Source: Verrucomicrobiota bacterium (lineage in GTDB: Bacteria > Verrucomicrobiota > Verrucomicrobiia > Opitutales > Cerasicoccaceae). From it: 64,000 nucleotides of DNA. Positions within the stretch are counted from its first letter, which is position 1. Each line of letters opens with the position of its first letter. The translations under genes and the position numbers were made by a program. The DNA lies in the NCBI GenBank assembly GCA_039818205.1, contig JBCBUK010000011.1:86013-150012 (forward strand). Reading direction: 5' to 3'. Positions 7,878 to 17,255 of the stretch are shown here, in pieces. Under the pieces are notes generated by a model, which had not been told where the DNA came from, ran no database searches, and was given only the letters and a program-made list of their open reading frames with translations.

Positions 7878-10439
7878 CTATTCGTCTACCGGAATATTCG
7901 CGACATCATAGCTGATGTCGAAGCGGATAAATAGACGCGCGCCCTTCACAAACCGAGCCTCAACCAAATCGTAAAACGGTCCGGTGAAAACGACCCGATA
8001 ATCGTCTTCGAACGGCATGAAGTTGACTAGGTCGGTCGAGTATTCGACGTGATATCCGAGCAGCGGATAATTCTTTCGGCGTTCGAATTGAAAACCGAAG
8101 GTCGTGCTCGTTACTTCGAATGCGGGAAACTCGGTTGAGCGAGTGGGATGCCCATCGATGGCAAACTCTGCGAGATTTGAAAAAGAATCGCCGTCGGGAT
8201 TCGAATTCGGGTCGGTGTAGAAGGGGTCGTTGAGTTGCTCCGGGGTTAGGCGTAACTCCAGCCACGGTTGATATGCCGCCAAGCCCATTATGGCCGTTAT
8301 AATGGTCCAATTTTCTTCAAAGTTGGATAAAACGGTGCCGTCGAAGCTGACGGTGTCCTGAGATTTTAGCGTTCGAAAAGCGATTCGAAGGTCGTAGGTG
8401 CCGATGGGCTCAAGAGCATTGCGCTCGATAAAGCCACTCAACCCATCGTCAGCAATGTTGATGAGGTCTCCCGAGTAGACGAGTTCGTCGTTGGTTCGGT
8501 CAGTGGCAGTTACCGATACCGTGGTGTTAGGCCCAGAGGCATCGAACCCCGTCCAGGCGACGGGAACGGGAAGCGACGGGTCGAATATCGTTTGGCTTAG
8601 GTAAGTCGTATCGATCTGCGTCGCTGGAAACGTTGTGCTAGTTCCGCCGGGTTCGAGGCGAGCGCTTGAGGGGCCCCCGCCGACGGTTTGGGTGACGTTG
8701 AACCGGTAGAAATCGTCGGGCCAGGCAGTGTCCAGGTCCTGTTCGGTATCAAAGCTTTGTTCGAGCTGCCATCGATCGCCAGTGGGAACCAGGCGCTGGA
8801 GACTGCTCACCGGAGCGCCATTTACGTCTCGTTTGATGCTGGCAGCCGAAAGGGCCCCTTGGGTTGATTCAACGATTTCCGCTGTGAATGAAAAGGGTTG
8901 GTCAGGTGCGTCGATCCCGTTGCCATTGTCGAAGTATTCGCCTCGTATGAGCCGAGCTTCGGCAATTCCGTCAAGGGTTGTCGGTGTGGTTCGAACCGGG
9001 AATTCCGTAAATGTCGCGGCGCGAAACACAATTTTCTCTGTGGATCCAATGGTGCTGGTGTCGCGGGTTTCGATACTGCCTTGATAGAGGGTATCGGGCT
9101 GCAGGCTGTTGGCGGAAATTTGGGCTTCGAATTCGTTGGTTCCGTCGGGAACGTTCGCGAATCGAGAGGCTACCACATCACCATTTTGGTTTTTAATTTG
9201 GATGAGGGCTTGGAGGACTCCGGTGCTACCATCAGGACGCTGAAATTTTATCTGGAAGCTGCGTCGGCTTTGAATGTTCTGGCATGCCTCCCAATTAACC
9301 ACAGCGGTTGGTCCGGTGCTTCGTTCGGTCGTCGATTCTCCAAAAACCGACGCAGTGGTGCCGTCGGTGTTCCGCAAGCCCGCGCTAAAAAGACCGTCTT
9401 GGATGTCGGCCGTCGCGGCTCCGTCTAATTCGAAGCGATAGGTGTCCGGCAGAACGGGATCTGGAACCGGTTCGAGCGTGAAGGTCTGCCCAGTATGGAG
9501 TTGGTGGAGCGCGACCGCGGAAACGCCTTCTTCGACGGATCCATCGTAAGTAACGGTGAAAGTATCCTCGTCGGGGATCTCAACCGGGTCGCCGGCGGTG
9601 TTTTGCTCAAACCGCCGCCCCCAGATGACATTCAGGGTCTCTGCGAATCGATTTGCTACGACGTTTTGTGTTTTGATGACAAACCAGGTTTCGCGGATAA
9701 AACGGCTTTGCGTTTCATATTCATTGAACGCGCTGGCCTCATTGATTCTATCTGGGCTGACGAATTGGATGCGGGCGAGGTACTCCCGATTTGCGGTCAA
9801 AGTCCCCGGTGGAATCTGGTAATTCCCGGTAAACTGACTCAGGTTGGATTGCTCGTGGACGACGGCTAGCGTGACTGGGTCAAAGACGGTAAAGTTGTGA
9901 AAATTCTCAAGACCAATGCCGCCCGAGGATCCGCCCGACGTCTGGCTGAGAACTAGGATGAGCGTCGTATTGACGCTGTAGTTCTCAGCATTGAAAAAGT
10001 TGCTGATGTTAGGAAAGGCCATAAACGGGTCGAATCGGCCAAAATTGATCGTCGATGTCTTCGTCGTTTGAGCGTTCAGCGTGGTTAGGAACTGATATTC
10101 AACCGTTGGGGGAAATGTCAGATTGAGCGAGTTTAGTGTGGTCGCCCCATAGAAACCCGACCAGCGAGTCGGCGTTTGAAGCGTGAAGGGATAATCCGTG
10201 AAATTTGCCTCGAACTCCGCACTCACCAAATTGGTGGATTGTGCGATATCGAAAAAGTAGCGCAGGAAAACGGGATTTTGGGCGGGGATCGTGCTCGCTC
10301 CATTAGCCTCCTGGTATGCAATCTCCTTTTTTTCGACGATGAAACCCTCAAGCGGCTCTTGACCGTTGAGGTGGATTGACGCCAAAGCGAAAAGCACTGT
10401 GAGGGCGAAAGTGCGCATCATAGTCGGGAGAAATGGCAT
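7878..10439 (-). CDS. Large secreted protein with three internal repeats and a DxDGD-containing C-terminal module
   Basis: Signal peptide MMRTFALTVLFALASIHLNG; beta-rich repeats; C-terminal NPDGDSFSNLAEFA...YHVEYSTDL. Confidence 0.75.
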   Translation of the reverse strand: MPFLPTMMRTFALTVLFALASIHLNGQEPLEGFIVEKKEIAYQEANGASTIPAQNPVFLRYFFDIAQSTNLVSAEFEANFTDYPFTLQTPTRWSGFYGATTLNSLNLTFPPTVEYQFLTTLNAQTTKTSTINFGRFDPFMAFPNISNFFNAENYSVNTTLILVLSQTSGGSSGGIGLENFHNFTVFDPVTLAVVHEQSNLSQFTGNYQIPPGTLTANREYLARIQFVSPDRINEASAFNEYETQSRFIRETWFVIKTQNVVANRFAETLNVIWGRRFEQNTAGDPVEIPDEDTFTVTYDGSVEEGVSAVALHQLHTGQTFTLEPVPDPVLPDTYRFELDGAATADIQDGLFSAGLRNTDGTTASVFGESTTERSTGPTAVVNWEACQNIQSRRSFQIKFQRPDGSTGVLQALIQIKNQNGDVVASRFANVPDGTNEFEAQISANSLQPDTLYQGSIETRDTSTIGSTEKIVFRAATFTEFPVRTTPTTLDGIAEARLIRGEYFDNGNGIDAPDQPFSFTAEIVESTQGALSAASIKRDVNGAPVSSLQRLVPTGDRWQLEQSFDTEQDLDTAWPDDFYRFNVTQTVGGGPSSARLEPGGTSTTFPATQIDTTYLSQTIFDPSLPVPVAWTGFDASGPNTTVSVTATDRTNDELVYSGDLINIADDGLSGFIERNALEPIGTYDLRIAFRTLKSQDTVSFDGTVLSNFEENWTIITAIMGLAAYQPWLELRLTPEQLNDPFYTDPNSNPDGDSFSNLAEFAIDGHPTRSTEFPAFEVTSTTFGFQFERRKNYPLLGYHVEYSTDLVNFMPFEDDYRVVFTGPFYDLVEARFVKGARLFIRFDISYDVANIPVDE

Positions 10440-10543
10440 TGGATCTTTTCTGTCGTTTTACGGGTCTCGTGTCAACCCGTGCGTAAGTTTGTTACAGCCA
10501 TATTCAGGTTGGTATTTTTGGTAAATTGGAGTAGTTTATAGGG

Positions 10544-10978
10544 GTGATTATTCGTAGTTTTTTGCTTTTTTTAAGCCTCCTTCTTGCCGGTTGCGGCTAC
10601 AACGTTATCTACTCGCCGCTGAACAATCCGGTTACTCCCGAGCAGCGGGTGATTGCTGGTGAAGTGGCCGCTCGTGGCCCCACGGCACCCGCCGACGTCC
10701 GGATCTTTTTCACGCAGCGACCGACCAAGCCTTACATTGAGTTGGGGATTATCACCATTCCGACTCAGCAAGCAGTTCCCAATCAAGAAGAGATTTTCTC
10801 ACTCTTTCGCGATAAAGCAGCAGAGGTCGGAGGCGATGGCGTGATCATCATGGACACCCAGACTGCGGTTGATAGCTATTCGCGGCCCAGCTTTTATTCG
10901 GATTGGGGCGTTTACTACTCGGAAGTGATCCGCTCGCGGTCGATTTTTCGGGGAATGGTTATACAATACACGGAATAA
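10544..10978 (+). CDS. Lipoprotein, YbjQ-like domain
   Basis: Lipobox LLAGC; PYIELG...KAAEVGGDGVII pattern. Confidence 0.65.
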   Translation: MIIRSFLLFLSLLLAGCGYNVIYSPLNNPVTPEQRVIAGEVAARGPTAPADVRIFFTQRPTKPYIELGIITIPTQQAVPNQEEIFSLFRDKAAEVGGDGVIIMDTQTAVDSYSRPSFYSDWGVYYSEVIRSRSIFRGMVIQYTE

Positions 10979-11005
10979 TTCCGATTCTCTGCTGTCAGGT
11001 AATAG

Positions 11006-13207
11006 ATGGGGGTGCGACCTAAGCCATTCATGATTGTCCGTTTCCTAGTTGCCGTCTTTGGCCTGATGATTTTTCAGTCCGAGGCTCTGCGTGCACAAGT
11101 CGTTCGTAGCCAACATACTGAGGCTGAACTGGTTTCATCGGTTTCGAATTTTCAGCCCGGAGAAACCACGTGGATTGCCCTACGATTGAAGATGGATCCG
11201 CATTGGCACACCTACTGGATCAATCCAGGCGATGCGGGCTTGGCGACAAACATCTCTTGGAATGATTTACCCACCGGTGTTACGGTCGGTGAGATACATT
11301 GGCCGACACCGAAAGTCTTTGAACAAAGTGGTTTATATAACTTTGTCTATGAGGACGAGGTGTTGTTAATGATGCCGGTCACGTTGGATAAGAGCGTTTC
11401 CACGGGAAAAAGCCTAACGCTTTCTGCCAAGGTCGATTGGCTTGAGTGTGACGACCAGACCTGCATTCCGGGCGGGGCAGAGTTGTTGCTGGTTCAGGCC
11501 GTGAGCGAGGCACCCGCCAAACCAACTGGATGGTATGGGGCCATGGAAGAGACGCGCAAACTCCTTTGGCCAAAGGAGGCTCCAGGTAGCTGGAGCGCAA
11601 ATGCCTCCATTGAGGGGGATGCGATCACGCTGGTTTTGACACCCTCGGGTGAGGCCAAGAATTTCGACCCCGGTGCGGTAACTTTTTTCTCTCTCGATGG
11701 TTTTATCTCACCGAATAGCCGGGAGTATTCACGCGCTGCCGATGGTTCTTTGACATTTTCGCTGGAGGTTTTCGATTACTACTCCGGGCCAAACCCACCA
11801 AAAACACTCGCGGGTGTGGTCCGGGCAGAGAATGGCTGGCTGCCCAACGACCCGTTTATTGGTCTGACAGTAAATCCAGCATTCGGAAGTGAACCTAGTG
11901 GCTTGGCGCTGGCAGGCGAAGTGGCGGTTGATGACTCGGCATCGGCTGCGGCTCCTGCGCCTGGGATTATTTATCTGATCGGTTTTGCCTTTGTTGGCGG
12001 GCTGATCCTGAACTTGATGCCCTGCGTATTTCCCGTCCTTGGATTGAAAATTATGACCTTTGTCAGCCAGGCGGGTGAGGAGCGGGGCAAAGTGATCGCT
12101 CACGGGCTGATCTACACGCTCGGCGTAATTGTTAGCTTCTGGGTTTTGGCTGGCATGCTCATTGCACTACGAGCGGGTGGCGAAGAGCTTGGCTGGGGAT
12201 TCCAGTTGCAGAACCCTGGTTTTGTCCTGCTGCTAAGCATCGTCCTTTTGATATTCGGATTGAACTTGAGCGGTGTGTTCGAGATTGGGCATTCCGCCGT
12301 GGGTGTGGGCTCAGGGCTCGCATCGAAAAAGGGACTCGCCGGATCGTTTGCCTCGGGTGTGCTGGCCACAGTCGTTGCGACACCGTGTGCGGCGCCGTTT
12401 CTGGCACCAGCGTTGAGCGGTGCGCTGACCTTGCCGCCCCTGACCTCGATTTTCATATTTACGATCGTTGGCTTGGGTCTGGCCTCGCCCTACCTATTGC
12501 TTTCAGTTTTCCCGCAATGGGTGTCTCGCCTGCCGAAGCCCGGAGCGTGGATGGAAACCTTCAAGCAGTTTATGGCATTTCTGTTGTATGCGACGGTGGC
12601 GGCTCTCATCTGGGTAATCGCGGACCAAGTAACTTCGGAGACCTTCCTGATCATTCTTTTTAGTCTGGTTGGAGCTGGCCTGGGCTGCTGGGTATACGGA
12701 CGTTGGGCTCAGTTGCACAAACCCGCCAAGATCCGCCTGATTGCGACAGTCGTGGCGGTCGTGTTGATCGCCGGATCGGGGCTCTACGCCTGGTCGGACA
12801 TCTCATTTGAGCGGGCGCGCAAAGCAGAAATTGCCGAAGCCAGGGAGACCGGTAAGACCCTTGATTTTTTGGTGTGGGAGCCTTGGAGTCAGGTCTCGGT
12901 GGACGAGGCTTTGGGAGCCGGAAAACCCGTCTATATCGATTTCACTGCGCGGTGGTGTGCGACCTGCCTCGTGAATAAACGCGTATATAATGACCCTAAT
13001 TTGATTAGAAAATTCCAGGAGTTTGGCGTGGTGACCCTCAAAGCGGACTGGACCAATTACGACCCGGCGATCACTCAGGCACTAGCTGAGTTTAACCGTA
13101 GTGTATTGCCTTTCAACGTCTTATATGTTCCCGGTGGAGAAACTGTGGAACTTCCCGAATTGTTGACGGTCGGCAACGTAACCGCAGCCTTAGAAAAGTT
13201 ACCTTAA
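11006..13207 (+). CDS. dsbD: Thiol:disulfide interchange protein DsbD (N-terminal DsbD/DsbC domain, transmembrane domain, thioredoxin)
   Basis: HWHTYWINPGDAG, LNLMPCVFPVL, ATPCAAPFL, PKPGAWM, DFTARWCATC. Confidence 0.9.
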   Translation: MGVRPKPFMIVRFLVAVFGLMIFQSEALRAQVVRSQHTEAELVSSVSNFQPGETTWIALRLKMDPHWHTYWINPGDAGLATNISWNDLPTGVTVGEIHWPTPKVFEQSGLYNFVYEDEVLLMMPVTLDKSVSTGKSLTLSAKVDWLECDDQTCIPGGAELLLVQAVSEAPAKPTGWYGAMEETRKLLWPKEAPGSWSANASIEGDAITLVLTPSGEAKNFDPGAVTFFSLDGFISPNSREYSRAADGSLTFSLEVFDYYSGPNPPKTLAGVVRAENGWLPNDPFIGLTVNPAFGSEPSGLALAGEVAVDDSASAAAPAPGIIYLIGFAFVGGLILNLMPCVFPVLGLKIMTFVSQAGEERGKVIAHGLIYTLGVIVSFWVLAGMLIALRAGGEELGWGFQLQNPGFVLLLSIVLLIFGLNLSGVFEIGHSAVGVGSGLASKKGLAGSFASGVLATVVATPCAAPFLAPALSGALTLPPLTSIFIFTIVGLGLASPYLLLSVFPQWVSRLPKPGAWMETFKQFMAFLLYATVAALIWVIADQVTSETFLIILFSLVGAGLGCWVYGRWAQLHKPAKIRLIATVVAVVLIAGSGLYAWSDISFERARKAEIAEARETGKTLDFLVWEPWSQVSVDEALGAGKPVYIDFTARWCATCLVNKRVYNDPNLIRKFQEFGVVTLKADWTNYDPAITQALAEFNRSVLPFNVLYVPGGETVELPELLTVGNVTAALEKLP

Positions 13208-13226
13208 AAGATAGCTTTTTTTAAAA

Positions 13227-13270
13227 TAATCGGCTAATTTCCCTAAAGCTTTTAACCCATTTACCGATTA
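13227..13270. promoter_or_regulatory. Dyad-symmetric element matching sigma28 promoter consensus on both strands
   Basis: TAATCGG-N11-AAAGCTTT-N11-CCGATTA; + strand TAAAGCTT-N11-ACCGATTA, - strand AAAAGCTT-N11-GCCGATTA. Confidence 0.55.
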
Positions 13271-13276
13271 ATTTCG

Positions 13277-13377
13277 TATCAACATTTTAAGACTTTCTCG
13301 GGCGAAAGCCCGACGGAATGATAACACAGTAGAGATGGCGGGAGGTCCCCCTTGGGAGAGGGGGGCCTCTATTTTTT
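13277..13377 (+). ncRNA. Putative small RNA (about 100 nt)
   Basis: Promoter-like element, then hairpin tcgggc-GAAA-gcccga (13298-13313), then a GC-rich terminator with T6; no sizeable ORF. Confidence 0.4.
13342..13377 (+). terminator. Rho-independent terminator
   Basis: gaggtccccct...aggggggcctc-tatttttt. Confidence 0.75.
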
Positions 13378-13384
13378 GTACACG

Positions 13385-13417
13385 CAAAAGGCCGTCCGAA
13401 TCGAAATTCGAACGGCT
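13385..13417 (-). terminator. Probable pdxH terminator
   Basis: Hairpin gccgtccgaat-cgaa-attcgaacggc with a short minus-strand T-tract. Confidence 0.5.
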
Positions 13418-13434
13418 GAAATCAGACGGATGCT

Positions 13435-14082
13435 CTAAGGGCAGAGACGGCTGATTTCCCAAGTGTCACCCGTGAGCGAATACTGCAGGCGATCGTGTAG
13501 TCGACTGCGCCGGCCCTGCCAGAATTCTATTTTGGTGGGAACGACTCGATAACCGCCCCAGAAATCGGGAAGTGGAACTTTGCCCTCGGCAAATTTCTGT
13601 TTCAACTCGGCAAATTTCATCTCGAGGATCTGCCGCGAGCTAATGACGCTGCTTTGATCCGATACCCACGCGCCGATCTGGCTTTTGTAGGGGCGGCTGA
13701 TGAAGTACTGCAGCGACTCCTTAGCCGAAATTTTTTCCGCCCGGCCGAGGATCTTCACCTGCCGTTCCAAGGCCAGCCACGGGAAGAGCAGGGCGACCTG
13801 TGGGTTCTGTTCGATGTGCTTGGCTTTGGTGCTCTGGTAGTTGGTAAAGAAAACAAAGCCGCGCTCGTCGTAGGCCTTAAGCAAAACTGTTCGCGTCTCC
13901 GGGGCACCATCCGCGTCGACGGTCGCCAAGGTCATGGCGTTGGGCTCGATCAGTTCGGCCTTCTGTGCCTGTTCGAACCAAAGCCGAAACTGGGCAACCG
14001 GATCGGTGAGCAGACTTTCCTTGGTCAGCTCAGCCTGTCTGTATTCGCAACGCATGTCAGCAGGATCGTTCATGCTGAGCAT
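13435..14082 (-). CDS. pdxH: Pyridoxamine 5'-phosphate oxidase
   Basis: EPNAMTLAT, RTVLLK, FFTNYQSTK, WGGYRV, EFWQGRRSRLHDR. Confidence 0.95.
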   Translation of the reverse strand: MLSMNDPADMRCEYRQAELTKESLLTDPVAQFRLWFEQAQKAELIEPNAMTLATVDADGAPETRTVLLKAYDERGFVFFTNYQSTKAKHIEQNPQVALLFPWLALERQVKILGRAEKISAKESLQYFISRPYKSQIGAWVSDQSSVISSRQILEMKFAELKQKFAEGKVPLPDFWGGYRVVPTKIEFWQGRRSRLHDRLQYSLTGDTWEISRLCP

Positions 14083-14279
14083 TGTTGGCTATAAACATCG
14101 GAAATGCAACGTGTTCGGTGGAGTCCAATGATTTCATGGCGATGATCGCGCCCGGATTCGAAGAATATGCATCGAAATACTTAATGTCTCAGGGCGCTAA
14201 AACCTCCTCGCAGTCTAGCGACTCGGCGGCGGATTCTAGGGCCGATGGTGGCGGTTGATCTTATCGTCCTGTAACTCTC

Positions 14280-14777
14280 CTAGCGTGTCAGGTGCACGAT
14301 CTCCTCGTGCCAGTCGGGCCAGCCTTTGACGAGGTCGTCGCGGTCGCCGAGGATGAAGTCTTCCCAAAGGAATTCGGGAGTCACTACGACACTTAGTAGG
14401 GCAAAGCCAAACTGCGCCCCGTCGGCGAGGCGGGATCCCTGCCAGCTGCCGGTGGGCACGACGGCCATGGGCTGGTCGCCCGCGGCGAGGCTCATGCCTA
14501 GGCGGCACTTTTCTCCGGAGCCGTCACCATGGAGCATCAGCAACTCGACGGAGTCGCCCGCGTGCCAGTGAAAGGTCTCGGCTGAGTCGATGAGTCTGTG
14601 CAAGGCGGAAAATCCGTCCTGCGTGATGAGGTAGTAAATCGCCGAGGCAACTGCCCGCGGCGGCGACGATTTGGTCGGAGGCAGTTGGCGTTGGTCGGTG
14701 TGGACTCGGCGAAACCACCCGCCCTCGTGGGGGAGGGGTTGGAGCGATAGCTCGCTGATAATTGTTTCAGCATTCAT
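14280..14777 (-). CDS. Cupin_5 (DUF985) family protein
   Basis: LQPLPHEGGWFRR, SAIYYL, FSALHR, VVPTGSWQ, VTPEFLWEDF; start MNAET at 14777. Confidence 0.85.
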   Translation of the reverse strand: MNAETIISELSLQPLPHEGGWFRRVHTDQRQLPPTKSSPPRAVASAIYYLITQDGFSALHRLIDSAETFHWHAGDSVELLMLHGDGSGEKCRLGMSLAAGDQPMAVVPTGSWQGSRLADGAQFGFALLSVVVTPEFLWEDFILGDRDDLVKGWPDWHEEIVHLTR

Positions 14778-15004
14778 GGCAGTAGCAGCACCAGCTATGC
14801 TAGGTGTTAGCAGCGGCTTGGCAAGCGTGTCCCAGGAAAAACGGATTGCCAATGGTCAACAATGGCGGTTGAATTCCACGTTTGTCGCACAAAAAAAGCC
14901 TGATTCGGGGAAGAAAGCGGCTTGACAGCCACGGGTGCGACCTATTTTTTCCTCTGTTTTCCATTTAATCAGCAATCCGCTTCCGATTTACTTTTTACCA
15001 GATC

Positions 15005-15289
15005 ATGGCACTTAAAATTCGACTCCAACGCCACGGTTCCACCCACAATCCGGTTTACCGCATCGTGGTAACCGAAGCGCGTCACCGTCGCGACGGTCGT
15101 CACAACGAAATCCTCGGCAACTACAATCCACGTGCCCGTGGTAACGATGCTGAGTTGAAGCTCAACCTTGAGCGCGTCGATTACTGGACCAGCGTTGGCG
15201 CCAAGCCAACTGATACGGCCCGCACCCTCATTAACCGTGCACGCCGCGCCGAGAAGGCCGCTGCCGAGGCCGCACCAGCCGAAGCCTAA
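15005..15289 (+). CDS. rpsP: 30S ribosomal protein S16
   Basis: MALKIRLQRHG...YRIVV...RRDGR...GAKPTDT. Confidence 0.97.
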   Translation: MALKIRLQRHGSTHNPVYRIVVTEARHRRDGRHNEILGNYNPRARGNDAELKLNLERVDYWTSVGAKPTDTARTLINRARRAEKAAAEAAPAEA

Positions 15290-15326
15290 GTCCGCGCTGA
15301 CAAAGACTTCCTGTCCTGTATTTCTG

Positions 15327-15352
15327 GCCCCGGCAACTCGCCGGGGTTTTTT
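15327..15352 (+). terminator. Terminator after rpsP
   Basis: ccccggc-aactc-gccgggg-tttttt. Confidence 0.8.
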
Positions 15353-15525
15353 GTTGGAGGAGTCTATCGCTGTTTTCCGACAACGAGACGAAATCCCGAA
15401 ACGCATGTCTTTTAAGAGTTTCTAAACCGGTGATGTTTCTTGGATTTGTGTCGGCATGTTTCGCGTCTTGTATTGTATGCTCTTCCTGCCCAAAAATTTT
15501 GTGATGGCTTACGCAGTGAATAACC

Positions 15526-16239
15526 ATGCTTCGATTTGATCTCATTACCTTGTTTCCTCGGATGGCTGAGGGCTTCCTGCAGGAAAGTATGCTGGGGCAG
15601 GCCGCGAAGAACGAGCTGCTCGAAATAGGCGTGCACGATTTGCGCGATTGGTCGCAGAATAAGCATCAGACGGCCGATGACCGGCCTTTCGGTGGTGGTC
15701 CGGGGATGGTTTTGTCACCGGAGCCGCTGTTTTTGTCGATTGAGGAGGTCTCAACCCCGGGAGCCGAGGTCATTTTTCTCTGCCCAGACGGCGAGCCGCT
15801 GTCGACTCCGATGGCGCGTGAATTGGCGCAGAAAGAGCACATTGTGTTGGTCTCTGGACACTACGAGGGGATTGACCAGCGGGTGCGTGATCACTTGGTT
15901 ACGCGGGAGGTTTCCATTGGTGATTACGTGCTGACGAATGGCACTTTGCCTGCCTGTGTGCTGATTGATTGTGTGGCTCGATATGTTCCAGGTGTTTTAG
16001 GTGAAGAAAAATCCTTGACGCAGGACTCCTTTAGCGGCACTTTCCTCGGTTTTCCTCAATTCACGCGTCCAGCAGACTATCGTGGGATGAAAGTTCCGGA
16101 GGTTTTGCTGAGTGGCAATCACGCCGCGATTGAAGCGTGGAGGCAGGAACAAAGTCTTTTAAAAACTCAGCAACGTCGGCCCGATTTGTTGGAGCGAGCA
16201 GCCAAAGCAGCGCCGCCCGATGAAAAGAGCCCCCATTAA
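15526..16239 (+). CDS. trmD: tRNA (guanine37-N1)-methyltransferase
   Basis: [42 protein letters not shown]. Confidence 0.97.
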   Translation: MLRFDLITLFPRMAEGFLQESMLGQAAKNELLEIGVHDLRDWSQNKHQTADDRPFGGGPGMVLSPEPLFLSIEEVSTPGAEVIFLCPDGEPLSTPMARELAQKEHIVLVSGHYEGIDQRVRDHLVTREVSIGDYVLTNGTLPACVLIDCVARYVPGVLGEEKSLTQDSFSGTFLGFPQFTRPADYRGMKVPEVLLSGNHAAIEAWRQEQSLLKTQQRRPDLLERAAKAAPPDEKSPH

Positions 16240-16253
16240 GTCCACCACCAGTC

Positions 16254-16625
16254 ATGCAAGCCTTACTTGAAGAAGTCACTTCGCACCAACTCGATTCCAA
16301 CCGCCTGAATTTCAAGGTTGGTGACGGGGTGCGCGTCCACACACGCGTTCGCGAGGGTGACAAGGAGCGTATCCAGATTTTCGCTGGAATCGTTATCGCC
16401 CGCAAGGGTTCCGGCATCCGTGAAGCGTTCACGGTCCGTCGCATTAGCTTTGGTGAGGGCGTCGAGCGCGTCTTCCCCATTCACTCGCCCAACATCGACA
16501 AGATCGAAGTCGATCGCGAGTCCGTCGTTCGTAAGGCGCGTCTTTACTACCTGCGCGGCCGCATCGGTAAGGAAGCGACCAAGGTTAAAGAAAAGCGTTT
16601 GGTTGAAGCCGCTCGCAAGAAGTAA
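16254..16625 (+). CDS. rplS: 50S ribosomal protein L19
   Basis: [38 protein letters not shown]. Confidence 0.97.
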   Translation: MQALLEEVTSHQLDSNRLNFKVGDGVRVHTRVREGDKERIQIFAGIVIARKGSGIREAFTVRRISFGEGVERVFPIHSPNIDKIEVDRESVVRKARLYYLRGRIGKEATKVKEKRLVEAARKK

Positions 16626-16649
16626 ACCGCGAATAAGGAATTTATCATC

Positions 16650-17141
16650 ATGGCGACTACCAACGTTTTACTCCTCCAGCCAGTTGAGAGCCTCGGTCAC
16701 GAAGGTGACCAGGTGACCGTTAAGGCCGGTTATGCACGCAACTTTCTGTTGCCACGCAACCTTGCTTTGCCGGTTAACCGCGCAAACCAAAAGTACATCC
16801 AATCGCTTCAAGCTCGCAAGGAAGCCCGCCTCAAGCAGGAGCGCGAGCACGCTGAGCAGGTTCTTGCTCGTTTGGAAACCGTTTCCATCGCGATCGCCGT
16901 AAAGACCGGTGAAGGTGGCAAGATGTTCGGTTCGGTGACTTCTCAAGACTTGGTTGACCGCTTGAAGGAAGACGGTATCGAAGTCGGGCGCAAGCAGCTC
17001 AACCTCCACACGCCGGTTAAGAGCCTCGGAAAGCACACCACCAAGGTTAAGCTTCACCCAGAGATCTCTTACCAGCTTGAGTGGGAAGTTGTTTCGGAGA
17101 ATCCAATCGAAGAAACCACCGAAGAGGCAGCCGAAAGCTAG
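16650..17141 (+). CDS. rplI: 50S ribosomal protein L9
   Basis: LGHEGDQVTVKAGYARNFLLP, GKMFGSVT. Confidence 0.96.
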   Translation: MATTNVLLLQPVESLGHEGDQVTVKAGYARNFLLPRNLALPVNRANQKYIQSLQARKEARLKQEREHAEQVLARLETVSIAIAVKTGEGGKMFGSVTSQDLVDRLKEDGIEVGRKQLNLHTPVKSLGKHTTKVKLHPEISYQLEWEVVSENPIEETTEEAAES

Positions 17142-17166
17142 TCCGATCGGATCCTTAGATTTTCGA

Positions 17167-17198
17167 AGAGCCGCACGATGTTATCGGGCGGTTTTTTT
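17167..17198 (+). terminator. Terminator after rplI
   Basis: gagccgcacgat...atcgggcggtt followed by a T-tract. Confidence 0.7.
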
Positions 17199-17255
17199 GT
17201 GCCCGGAGTACTGCGGCTTGTCAAATGAGTGCGGCTGGCGTAGTCATGTCGTCCA

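Noticed and set aside
13298..13313. c-di-GMP-I riboswitch suggested by the GAAA tetraloop
   Set aside because: It lacks the GCAAA and tetraloop-receptor elements, and there is no downstream gene on the same strand
14085..14279. Possible structured leader upstream of pdxH
   Set aside because: Only short, weak complementarities and no recognisable riboswitch
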